Of a stretch of DNA of 64,000 bases, positions 39,101-51,761 are shown piece after piece. The notes beneath the pieces are model-generated. The model saw nothing but the letters and a program-made list of their open reading frames with translations, ran no database searches and had not been told where the DNA came from. The DNA lies in contig CM082583.2 of the NCBI GenBank assembly GCA_040954595.2, positions 11,570,636 through 11,634,635 on the forward strand. Direction: 5' to 3'. Every line of letters starts with the position of its first letter. The first letter of the stretch is position 1. The translations under genes and the position numbers were made by a program. The DNA comes from Balanoglossus misakiensis (taxonomy: Eukaryota > Animalia > Hemichordata).

Positions 39101-41352
39101 TAAGGCAATTTATCTGCAGCCATAATTTGAGCGCAATGTTTTGTTCATTTATCTGATTAAAGAGCCACTACCTGTATCTTCGGCCGAACACTTGAAGAAA
39201 ACAATGGTTGATAACCAGAACACACTTCAAAAAGTACCAGTGTTCACTCCAGAACAATTATTGGCTGAACACACAAGTACTGCAAAAGTAGTCCAAAGTT
39301 ACAGATAGTGGAGCTTTTTACAGAGCTCGCTATAATGAAAGAAGTGTGTCAACATTATTGTTTCATCCTGCAGTGCATGGGCTGGTCTTGGTATTTGGCG
39401 GTGGATATGCAGCTTTACCTGATTAGTCCAATTTTCATCATCCTGTTTTACAAGTAGGCATTTCATTGGTTCTGAGACCTTTACCCCTGGAAATTTACTC
39501 CCCCCTGAACCCTAACAACCCCAAGACACTCAAGAATGTAATCAACAATCTTAAAGGAATTGGCAACTTCTTGGTATATGATATCACAATTTGGAGATGG
39601 AGTTCCTTTGCACGACGAGGTTCAAAATTGGGTCAGAAATGGCCAGAAACTAAATCTCCAGGGGTAGCTGTCTTGGCAACTTTGCTTAATATCCATTTGT
39701 TCTGTGTAGTTGTATTTTCGAAACATCATCTTTAAATTTGTAAGATATCCATCCATATACATGTACATGTACTGTGTTTCTGATTTGACACTGCATTGTA
39801 GAATATTAGTCTGTCTGTGTATGTGTATGTGTTCCTCTTTCTCCATCTCTGTTTGATGCTCTGTCATTTGAATTATTCAAACACTTTATATGCCACGTGG
39901 ACTTGATTGTGATTGGCTTGCAGTACAAACAATGGAAATATGCCAGATTTTGACATACATGTATATTCTGCCTCAATCACTGCAGGAAATGGCGTGTTGG
40001 ATTAATTGTCAGTGTGGTCACCACTCTGTGTTCGTTTGCCATCTCCGCTGGCCTGCTCTATGGTTTGGGAAGAACCATGGGAGACGATGATGGGTAGGTA
40101 GTAGAGACACTCCAGACTGTAATAGTCAGTATGAGGAAAGAGAGACATATGATATACATTTCTACAGGTGACGGAAATACACTTGTACTTTTGTTTGCCT
40201 CCACAGTCCATATGGGGATCCCACGATCAGTGAAGGGCCATGGCTGTATACCAAACCTTATTACAGGATATCTCAATATTTAATTGGGATTGGCCTTGGG
40301 TATGTGTTATACAGACTCAAAGGAAAGAAAGTTAAAATCAACAAGGTAAGCTTGATGGAGAGATATACAATGGTCATCATGTCACATCATAAATTAGTTG
40401 GGTTTATACAGTGAAAAGCACATATTTTGTATACACATAAAGTGAAGGATCATCACCGACCTTGATGGTTGTCGTACCTTACAAAATTCAAAGATGGTCT
40501 TGTCTTTTTTTTAATTTTCAGATCCTCAACGTTTTTCTGTGGTGTTGCTCTACTTTGATAGCCCTGCTTGTTATATATGGACCGTACATGAAGTCTGGAG
40601 AAGACCCTAGGCCACAGGGCGTGGCCATTCTGTATCTGTCTATCCACCGGTTTCTATTGTCTGCTTGTATTGGTTGGGTGATATTTGCATGCGCCACCGG
40701 AAATGGAGGTAAGGTGCAACATGGTTTTCATCACCTGAATACTGAAAGACTTGTCCCCTGACCAGTGAGGGCGCTGCACTATACTCTATTTTGTCCAGTT
40801 GCATCCACTTCATTACATGCGTGTGTCATGGACTGAAAGGTTGACTATACATGTATATATATATATGCATTGCATATATTGCCCCTGTGAGTCAGAGCGC
40901 CGCCTTGGAAGCAATCATGTCTATAAATGTCACTCTCTTCTATCACAGGTCCTGTTAACACTCTCTTGTCCTGGAATGGCTGGTTGCCTCTTGCTCGCGT
41001 GAACTACTGTGCCTATCTCCTCCATTTGATTGTCATAATGATATACGCGTGGGGTCTAAAACGTTTATGGTTTTATTCCTATTTAGACATGGTAAGTACT
41101 CAGGTGTACCATACACATGGCTGATTCAGGTTCACACCACGTGTTTCCATGTGACAAGACTTAATCATGCAACTCGCTTCTCACTTTCAGACCCTGGTCT
41201 TCATAGGTATCACAGCTATCACTTACGCCGGTGCTTTCCTAGTTACCATGGCAATAGAGATACCGATGATTGGTGTGGAGAAGGTCTTGATGCCAAATAG
41301 AGAGAAGAAGGCATATCATGCGATGCAAGACAACGCCCAAACTCCTTCATGA
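36121..41352 (+). CDS. Nose-resistant-to-fluoxetine-6-like / OACYL-type protein (N-terminal NRF domain plus Acyltransferase_3 multi-pass domain), ~14 exons
   Basis: Signal peptide. NRF-type Cys motifs (GDYTMC, KYCL, AVCFPNSCTEED). SISCLNAIRVLSMFWIILYH, VEAFFVLGG, HRYWRLTP, WWANLLYVNN, CMGWSWYLAVDMQLY, YTKPYYR, WLPLARVNYCAYLLH and IEIP. Exon phases are consistent across the junctions I checked. Confidence 0.93.
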
Positions 41353-42432
41353 GTCTGTGATTTTATGTCATTGGCAATCCACATAATTGCTCTGATAGAT
41401 ATTATATAGAAGTACAATGTAGTACTATTTATAGTGACTTGAGGCTTATACCTTATTACCACAACATTAAGTACATATAAGAGAGTACCTTAAGTACAGT
41501 AAATTTGTAAGTGTGAGAAATCATTAAGCTGTTCCTGTGTAGAATGTCTTTTTGTTTTAGAAAAACGTGTTCTATATATGCTGTGTAATATTTTCTGTAC
41601 TTCAGACTAAGTTGTCCAAAGAGGGAAAAAAGTGAATAATGGTGTATCATTATGCCAATAGTTTGCTGAAAATCGCTGGCACAGTGCCACCAATTTCCTA
41701 ATACGTTTGTATAATTCAACCATAGTGACTGTTGGATATGGAAAAGAGGTGTGTTTTTGACTACTAGCTTGATTATCGATATCTTTAATGACGTCAAGTG
41801 GTAAAATGTTAGAACATTACCATTATTAAATATCTTGCATGGTTTGAAGTGTTTATTACTACTTTTTTCGTAAATAAATTAGTTCTATCTATAATGATGT
41901 GGTTATTTTTCTCAGAGTGACAAGCACAACACAAAAAGGGTATAGTACGTATGGATTTTGCGGAGAATACATAGATACCACCTGCTCAGGGTGTACATGT
42001 ATCATCGTTGGTGACCATGCTCGGTACGGTCTCGGCATAACTGTTTGCCCCAGAGACTGATCACATTACAAATTCCGTATGTTCACTGTCTGATTAACCA
42101 TACCATGCTCTACAAATTTACAACAAACGATCCCTCACCAGTTTCTAGACTGGTTGCTGATAAACCGACCAAGTTTTAGGCAGATTTTCACCCACGACGA
42201 GTACATTTGAGCACAGTAGAGGGAATGTTATCTTGAATTACACTGGTTTTGGTATTTTAGTCCGCATGTGTCACATGGTCGGGTCCGTTGACATAAATAC
42301 AGGGGGCGCCTGGCGAGTGTAGGCATTCATCATTGATGACATGAAGGGTCCAACTTTGCCCTGCAAATTATCTTGGCAACTTTGCCCTTAAATTAATCTT
42401 GGTCAACAAGCTCGCCCCTGACTGACGCAGAC

Positions 42433-45400
42433 ATGGAGACGAAAACACGCGTTCGGTTTGTGGTCATCCTGTCAATCTGTATTTTCGTCGGTCAAAGCGT
42501 TTCACAAGGTAAGAAACGATGGACAAAGTCCTCTTGTCACTCATAGCCTAAACCTAGATTATTATGAAGAAATAACGTGACAACATCGATTTTGCATTCA
42601 CGGGTGCATACGAGGTAACCTTCACCCTTTTAGCGAACACGGGGTTAAACGGTCTCATGTTACGGACAGAGCGAGTCGATCCTGAGCTGCAGGCGCCCTT
42701 TCTTCTGGACGAATAGTCCAACTTTCTTCTTGTATCACTTTAGTGACATTCAAAGTCAATGTTGAGATTAATTTTGGCCTCGCCGCTGCTCTCATTTCTT
42801 ACCAAAGCGTGCTTGACGGTGTTCATTTACCTCCTCATCTTGTCTTAGGCCTACGACATGCAAGAATTTATCATATACCTATAACGAGACTGAAAAAAAA
42901 ACAGCCTAACTACTCGAGGTGTCCCAATAAATGCAACATAATAACTTTTTTCCCCACGTACACAGTAAACTCGCGCAATAAAACCATATGTAACTACATG
43001 TACTTAAAAAGCCTGTCAACTAAGTATACGACAAACGACCTAACGAACCCCAAGCAAGGACGAAAGGCATAATTTATCGTTTGATGTCAGCGTCTCCGCT
43101 TCACCTTTTCTTTGTACATATTTCCGCCGCACCTGAAAAACGCTCGTTAAATATGTCTCCCCAAAACTTGACCTTTTCCAATCAGATTAGGCTCAGATGT
43201 AGAGTCAGGTGCCGCCTTTAACCTCTGCTGGTTCTTAGCTGTTATAGTATGGCAGACATCCGAGAACAGAACAGCCAAAAATAAGTTCAACTCTACATCT
43301 GATCTTAAACAAATTGGACCTTTTCCAATTTTGCATATTTGAGATCTCATTGGCACAATGAAGAAGTGTTTCGAGGACAATTTTACTTGTAGAACAGTGC
43401 AATGTTTCGTCATTGATTGTTGTTTCAGTCGCAGACGACTGGAATCGGTGGGCCAAAGAAGACCTCGAGAAGGCGCTGAAGTTAGAAGTACTAAACACTA
43501 ACACGGCCAAGAATGTGATCTTGTTCCTTGGAGATGGCATGGGAATTCCTACTATAACTTCAGCGAGGATCTACCAGGGTCAACTGGATGGTAAAGACGG
43601 CGAAGAAAATTCCTTGACTTTGGAGACACTTCCGCGTGCCTGTCTTATTAAGGTTTGGAGAAAAGTTGTGGTGCGGCTGTGTTTCAGACGAAATCTGAAA
43701 ATCTGTCATTCTCGGAATCACGGTCACTCCACACACCGTGTCAGAACACATAATAAGTGCACTTTAAAATATCGGACCTTATCAAGTAGAAGTATTCCGT
43801 GTTTTCTACATCTTTAGTTTCATCAATCTCATATCGTTCTCAGTTTTCACACAAGAGTAGAAGCCACTATTTCTATGATTGGAAAGATAATTGAGATATT
43901 CGCTTGCTGTCAGTAGGCCTAATAAGTTTGCAAATACATGTAACTATATTTTCAGACCTACAACACTGACTACCAAGTGCCCGACTCGGCCGGCACAGCC
44001 ACGGCTATCCTCAGTGGAGTCAAAACAAAGTATGAGGTGATTGGCTTAGACGATACAGCAGTCAGGGGGAACTGTAGCTCAGCGAAAACGGCAGAAGTCG
44101 ACTCGGTGTTCGACTTTGCAATTCGCCAAGGTTGGTCGACATTACTTCTTCATACCGGTGACTGAACATTTAGAACGGCCCCAGGACACTTCAGCTGAGG
44201 ACGTTCGACATCTTCACCGGGCACCTGTGAGATTAAGTCTTCAGAAGCGCAAAGTACAGTTACTGTACTAGATTTATGACATTATTTTATGGTTGGCTCG
44301 CCATGTTCTTCTATCAGGTAAAACCGCTGGTATAGTGACCACTACCAGAGTAACCCACGCCTCGCCCGCCAGCGTGTACGCTCACAGCGCCCACCGGGAC
44401 TGGGAGAGTTCTGCAGAGGGAGACTGTGAGGATATAGCGTCCCAGCTGATTGCAAGGACTGCAGACTTCCAGGTTAGTGATGTTGGAATAATCATCTGTT
44501 TCCATCCGTCATCATTCTTTCCACCCGTCTGTTCTTCCACGCTGCGTATGGTGACCCATGCTTGTTCACATGAACAACTCATTGCAGGTTGTATTGGGCG
44601 GCGGCCGGAGACACTTTATGACAAACGCGACTGGCGATCCCGAAAACGAGTCTTTGAAAGGAAAACGCACAGACGGACGTGATCTGATAAGTGAATGGAA
44701 AGGTGAAGTACCTGTTGGATCAACAGGGAAATATGTTTGGAAGAAAGACGAGTTTGACGCCATAGATCCTGCAAGCACTGACTATCTTCTGGGTAAGATA
44801 CGCGTGTTTAATTATGCCGTTGCTTTGGATCAAACACAATCACGAATCTGACTCGAAGCTTTTCCTCTTCTTTCACCGATAATTTCACCACAATCAGCAT
44901 CAATGGAGGTGAAATTGAAAGAAGTAACATTATTTTTCCAGATTTGAACCGCCCTTCAATCTGAGATGAATTTCGTTGCAGGCCTCTTTGAGTACAGTCA
45001 CATGCAATACGAAGCTGACAGAGCCAACGATACGGCAGGGGAACCCAGTCTTGCAGAAATGATGGAAAAGGCAATACAAATACTGAGTAAAAACAGCAAG
45101 GGATTCTTCTTATTTGTTGAGGGTAAGTATCTCTCTCTCTCCCATGTATCCGAAAAGACCCTGACGTTGAGCGGAAGACTCACTTCTGTTTTCTCGAACA
45201 GGAGGAAGAATTGACCACGCCCATCACGACACTCGAGCATATGACGCCCTGGTTGACACGATGGCGTTCGACGAAGCCGTAAAGAAGGCTCTCGAAATGA
45301 CAGACACGGCTAAAGACACGTTGGTGATCGTCACGGCTGATCACAGTCACGTGAATACAATCAACGGGTACCCCAAGAGAGGAAATCCGATATTAGGTAG

Positions 45401-46335
45401 GTATAGGGGTCGACTTTTATTACTTGGCCAGCAACCCGTTGCTTGTGGTAATTAACCAAGTCTCGCGAGATCTCGCATTGAGGAGTAAATCGTCTATTGA
45501 TGGTTGATTCTGTGTCTCTTCTCAGGTACAACCGGTGACATTGCAGATGACGGTCTACTATACACAACAATTATGTACACCAATGGACCAAGCGCAAAGA
45601 TGGTGGGAGAGTCGTTCAACGAGACTGGTAAAAGACCGAATGTTACCGGGGTTGATACAGGTAAACTGTCTTCCACGAGATCCCCCGAGATCTCGCATGG
45701 CTGGGCAATTTACTAGTATATTGAAGGATATTGTCACAGCACAAACAACGCATGGCCCACTGTGTCAAACAGCACAACAGTTACAAGTTTGCTAAAATCT
45801 GAAAGTATGATCTAGTTTCATATTAAGCTTGACTTGTGTTACTTAAAATAAATGATGCAAACGTTTCCATGTAAAAAAAAGATTGTGTTATTTGCAGGAG
45901 CTCCGGACTACGTACAAGATTCATTAGTTCCCGTGCAGTGGGAAACCCACGGCGGCGAAGACATTTCCCTCCACGCCGATGGGCCATACTCTCACTTATT
46001 TCAAAATGTCCACGAACAGAACTACATCGCCCACGTCATCAAATATGCCGCCTGTCTCGGTGAATACGAAGATCGTTGTACTGACACTTCGGCAGGTGGG
46101 TGTTATCGCAGGATAGCGGACGGTGTGGCCAGATTATATGCCCACCCTTACCACTGAAACACATACAAAGACGAACATTCATATACTAATAGATATACAC
46201 AAAGAGAGATGTTTGTTTGACGCTTGACAAATTTTCTCTTGTTTTATTACAGCGACAACGAGGTTGCCTTCTGTCTGCCAGAGTGTGCTTCTGGCTATCG
46301 GCGTGGCTTTGCAAGTAGCCTATACTGCCTTCTAG
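42433..46335 (+). CDS. ALP: Alkaline phosphatase paralog 2, 10 exons, signal peptide and C-terminal GPI-type hydrophobic tail
   Basis: Exon 1 (42433-42508) encodes [25 protein letters not shown]. Later exons give [54 protein letters not shown] and ETHGGEDI. The last exon reads [27 protein letters not shown]. Confidence 0.96.
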
Positions 46336-48671
46336 TCCCCCGACATGCCGAGGAAATTCAATTAGATTTAATTATGATTTTAGTAGCCTCAGAAATACTC
46401 TAGTGACAAAGTGGGAAATATTTTATTCATAGTTCGGTTTTCTTACGTACTGACATTTCGTACTGACATTTCATTGACCGTTGAAGCCAAACATCTATGA
46501 GAAATGTTTTAAGTTTCATCTTCATATTTTACATCCAATTGTGGTTTTCTGTCAATAACCAAAGGAACCCCCCTGACCCCCGTTATCTAAACTCTTCCTT
46601 CCTGCATGTGAGGAATTCAACGACCGCAACACAGGAGTTTCTTGTCAAATAAATCCGTCTTAACGTCCAAACAGTGGGAATAACAAAATTATCCCATTTC
46701 AATCACTACTCTTTGTTCAATGGCCATCGCTTTTAAAGCAAGACCAAACAGACCTTATGTAACTATATGCCAAACTACATGTATTGTAATTAAAAGAATC
46801 CGCTGTACGCAAATGTGGTATTTCCATATTCCCATCTTCGGGTTACATTTCACAGATTTATATAAACGTTGACCTTGGTTATTCGAAAAATGTTTCAGAA
46901 GACACCCCCTTCCCCTCACGAATGGCGCCGAAGGTCTTCCCCCACCGTTCACAAATTCACCAGAGCACGGGGAATGTAACTGTTACCGCCAAACCACTTA
47001 GCACTCGGTGGATAGTCTGGTGAAAGTGGAATCCTGTTGGTAAATATTGACACCCGCAAAACAGGTGCACTGGGAAAGTATCTTTGCGTATTTGACGCCG
47101 GCGTCAGACACTTGCGCCCCTCTGGAGAAGCGAGGTTGACGCCACGGTGAACTTCACGGGTATACCCAGTACAGGTAAGGCATCCGCAAATTTCGCAATT
47201 TTATAAAGTTCGGTTGCCCGGGGGTTCTGCCTTCCCACGGGGAGTTAAGGATGGTTATAATTCCAGGAATTAATGTAAGATAGAGTACCACTGCGTTCCC
47301 CATTTAGAGCATACATGCATATACATGTACTCGTCGAGTACCTGTGTTGAAGAGCAAACAACTTCAAAAGTATGCTACATGCACGATGTTACAAAATGCC
47401 CAAGTATCTTAATAACACTTCGTTGATTTGAAACACTACAACAGAGGCTAAAACGCCAGTATTTATTCTCTTGTCTCCCGTCTGTTGCTATCGTTTTGAA
47501 CTTCAGACAAAGCCCCCATTTGGACAGCCATGTCACTTTGAACTTCAAAGAACGCTCTCCTTTTGGGCGTCCACATTCCGACAGACCACCTCCAACGAAT
47601 GGCGCAGTTTTTGCGTAATGATGGCGCTGTCACGTTGGTTTCGGGACTTATCATGCTAATTGGACAGAAATAATAGCGGTACACCGCAAACGGATTAAAC
47701 CTACTGTACTTAAGGTCTTTTGTCACAGTAATAATTGAAGAAAAAGTTACATTGTGGTGTCGTGCTTTGGATGTCTTTTACTTGGAAGTGGTGAAAGGTT
47801 ATTAAGTGAAAGGTTATCACAAATAAAAATTTTCAATTCCACAAATTGAGCTTGCTTGACAATGAAGTCAGGGTCCCTTATGCCCTTTCTATTGCTTGGC
47901 TATGCTATGCCAAGCGCTATAGAAGGGGGTCTCGACAGGGACCCAGACTAAACTAGCCCCGGGACTGTTCAATTGATACTGGTGGAATTGGTCCTTTATT
48001 GTTGTCATGATGCTTGCTCACGCAGTTCTATCAAAAGATTGAAATTTCCGTTCCTGCTTCAAAGAACTGTACCATCCTTCAAAGGTGACTGATTGAATCA
48101 TCTCGCCGACTTCCTCAATTGCAAATTCAGATGTTGTCCTTCAGAGACTTTAGCGATGTCGCGATGATCGACCAACCATTGTTCGATCATTCAAATATAT
48201 ATACCGTCATCGCAGTATGTCTTTGTATTCGGTGACGTAAGATGAAAATTCTTGACACCGTGGTGCAATTTTGCATAAATTTGTCAACCCACAATTAGTC
48301 AATCTACAAATCAGTCTAAAGTAACATATATCCGATACGTACATTTCCATAAAAACAAAGAGATTTGATGTTTTTCGCACTTTCTGGCGAATTATCTGAA
48401 CTGTGTATATTGTTCTGAGCTCGGCGTTTAGCTCTCGAAAGGGGCGTGTGGACAAATACACCAAATAAAGTCAGCATAATTGTAAATACTTTCCCATTTG
48501 TGCTCAGGCAACGTCTCATACTTTTACAGAACGGCGTAAGCTGACGATAAAGGTAACGTGGGAAAAAATATTTGTTGTTCTTTCCGGGGTTTTTTTTTAG
48601 AGAAACAACGGAAATACTGACTAAAAGTCACAGAGCGAGAAATGATATTTTTCCTTCTCGGTGTTACAGCC

Positions 48672-50261
48672 ATGGAAACGACATCTTCTATCACTGATGG
48701 AGTTAGCCAAGCCATATCTGCCATGACCGCCACCGCAGCTACAGTTGCTATAGAGATAACAACACAGATGACAGCGGATGGAACGGGAACATCATCCTCT
48801 AACATGACGACCGGCATTGTGTCGACCGAACCCAATTATCTGAACTACAGCGGGAATTTCACCAACTCAACCGAGGCCGTGGGCCCGGCGTTGCCCACAA
48901 TCAAAGCATGGCAACTGACATTGGCCAAGGTCAACGAATGGACCATGACAGTCACCTTGATCATCATCATGCTGGGCATGGGAGCAACCATGACCTTGAG
49001 GGAGCTGTGGTCCAACATCAGACGCCCTTACGGAGTCATCATCGGCGCCGTGTCTCAGTTTCTGGTGATGCCGCTGTGTGGTTTCGCCGTGGCGCACGCA
49101 ACCAATATGTCGGCGCCCTACGCCATCGGAACTTTGATCATCTGCTGTTGCCCGGGCGGGACTTTGTCTAACATCTTTTGCTACTGGTCGGACGGCGACG
49201 TTGTTTTGAGGTAACGTAATGAAATAAGTATATGTAATTAAAGCCTTTTCCTGCTGTTGACTGCTCTTCTAAAAGTATAGTATGTGATAGAAGTTTTGTT
49301 CTGTGATCATTTTCAGCATTTGTATGACGTCGTGTTCCACTCTATTGGCCGTCGGGATGATGCCGCTATGCCTGTTCATCTACAGCCGTAGTTGGACCGA
49401 GCCAGGGGGCGCTGTCATACCCTACGCGAACATCATGATCTCGCTGGTCTGTGTGGTCGTGCCGGCCGCAGCCGGGTGCCTCTGCAAACACAAACTCCCG
49501 AAAGTGGCCAAGTATATCACTAAGGTAGCTATGAGCTAAAGTAACGTAAAACCATACAATCTCGTGTGTCTATCAAAAGGTGGTAAGGCCAATTGAGATG
49601 TTTGGTTATCTTCTGAAGACTTTTTTGTCGACAGACAAAACACATTTTTGACAGATTTTTGTTTCCCTTTCCATTCCAACAGATTTCCAGCGTTGTCGGA
49701 GTTATTGGAATCGTTGCTGCCTTGGTCTTCGTGATTCTACTGAACCCGGGAATGTTCAATTCCGGCTGGCAGGCCTGGGTGGCGGCGTCCACTCTGCCAA
49801 TATGGGGTTTCTGTTTCGGTTATATCGTGTCAAGCATCTTCCGCCTGAGCCATCCCAAGCGACGCACGGTTGCCTTCGAGACCGGTTGCCAGAACGTCGC
49901 TCTCGCTCTCACCATCATCACTCTGTCGTATCCGAGAGGTCCGGAGCAGCTTCTCATGATGGTGGTACCCTCGCTGTTCGGCCCGTTCATGAGCATCGAC
50001 GCGGTGTTCTTCGTCGCCTTGTATCGCTGCTGGAGGCGCTTCTGCGCCAAATCGAAGGACAAGGAGGAAGAGGAGAAGATTGTCGGCCGCGAAGAAAATG
50101 GCAACGTCAAACAGAACGGTGGAGAGGGCGCTGTGGCCGTCTCCGCAGGTCATGTGACCCTCGACGAGGTCAAGTACCGCGATGTGGCTGTAAATACGGA
50201 TCAGACATACACAAACAAGGCATTTGAACAAGAAGAACAGGGAAAAGACGATTCTAAATAA
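48672..50261 (+). CDS. SLC10-family Na+/bile-acid cotransporter paralog A (exons 48672-49210, 49317-49524, 49683-50261)
   Basis: MLGMG, SQFLVMPL, CCPGGTLSNIF, DGDVVLS, MTSCST, MMPLCLFIY, RRTVAFETGCQN, and a Ser/Thr-rich N-glycosylatable N-terminus. The ATG follows a splice-acceptor-like TTACAG, so ATG 48642 in the ORF track is probably intronic. Confidence 0.95.
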
Positions 50262-50666
50262 AGTCTGTATTCGGTTGGAAGCATTCTCGTAACATTTAAC
50301 AGATAGCAACAGAGTTATGGAAGGTAAATTAGGAATTTAATAAAGGAGACTGGGTTTTACAATGTGGGGCTCTAGGGTTAGGATTTTATGGGTAGGGGTT
50401 TTATACTAGAGTAAATGATACTTGATTCTTCCATTCAGGTGTGCCACTTTTCAACTTTGTGGATTCCTAACGTGTATTTTGTTTTATTCTTTTCGTATTA
50501 TAGTGTTCCAATTAACCATTTGAAGTATGGAATTATTAAACATTTTCAGTGATTTCGTTCAATGCACATTCTAACAAAATCGCACCATGTAATAAACGTT
50601 CTGGTCGCATGTACGCTTCGCTTTTTCACGGTTTCGGACATTTCTGATGGTCGGAGAGCAACATGA

Positions 50667-50668
50667 CG

Positions 50669-50701
<33 letters not shown>
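50667..50701. repeat. (CA)n microsatellite
   Basis: cgcacgcacacacacacacacacacacacacacac. Confidence 0.9.
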
Positions 50702-50703
<2 letters not shown>

Positions 50704-51761
50704 CCATTGATACATCATGACCCAGACACGACCTGAGACCTGTGTCTGTCATGGTACAATTACCACGCCCGAAGTACTCGCCATGGCATGACCCTTTCCG
50801 CATTTCACCATCTCCCGGTTAGTATAGTAGAATAGTACATTCCTTTCTCCCACCCTTCTATAACACACCGGTCGTTTTGAGATTTCAATACAATTGTTCG
50901 CACCGAACAAAAACATCCCAAGTCTGCGTACAGGGCCAAGCAACGAATCAAGGCTTATACTGATTTTCTTACAGCACCTGCGGGCAGACTATTAAACATT
51001 GGTTAATGCACCAATCCCGTCACTTTCATTGACGTCATTTTTGCTCTCTCAGCCATTGCGCCTACCCTGACATACGTCCATTCATCTTAAGCTATTTTCT
51101 CTGGTCACTTTCTTTCTTTCCTCTACCTTGTTCAGCTGAAAAGCTACCACTTAGTAGCTGCCCTTCTTAGCATGACCTGCAAAAAACATGTTAGCTCATT
51201 TCAAATCCATTTTAAAAGATCTAGTAAGTTTTGGTCTTGCAATACCTCAAACTGCATCAAGTAGTATTCAACTGTTGCGTCCGTGTACCAAATATGAGTT
51301 GAACTCAGCTGTGACAATCGCTAGTTCAGTAATCTCTGTTTACTGAACTGTTTACAGTTCAGTAAAAAGCATAAAACTAATTTATCCAAAGAAACTGCGA
51401 TAACCAAATTTATTGCATCAACAGTCTGAGACTTTGCCCCTTCAAGGATGTCCACGGTGTTGTTTTCCAAGTGATCAGATTTTAATTTTGTGTTCATTTT
51501 TTTTAATTCTTCGTCACATTTTGCCCCCCCCCCCTCCTCCCCAGAAAAAAAATCGTTTGGGGGATGGAGCAGGAGGATAAGGGGGGCAGACGTCATACAC
51601 GTTTGGTTTCGTTAATCCTCGACCCCGTAGTCGATTGAATACAAAGCAGACAAGAGGTCGTTACACTATAATACTCAATGTTTGCGCCTCTGTCTCCCGC
51701 GGAGAACCATAGACAGTAGAGGGAGAGTATAACGACAGAAGCTACAGACTGAACTATCGCC

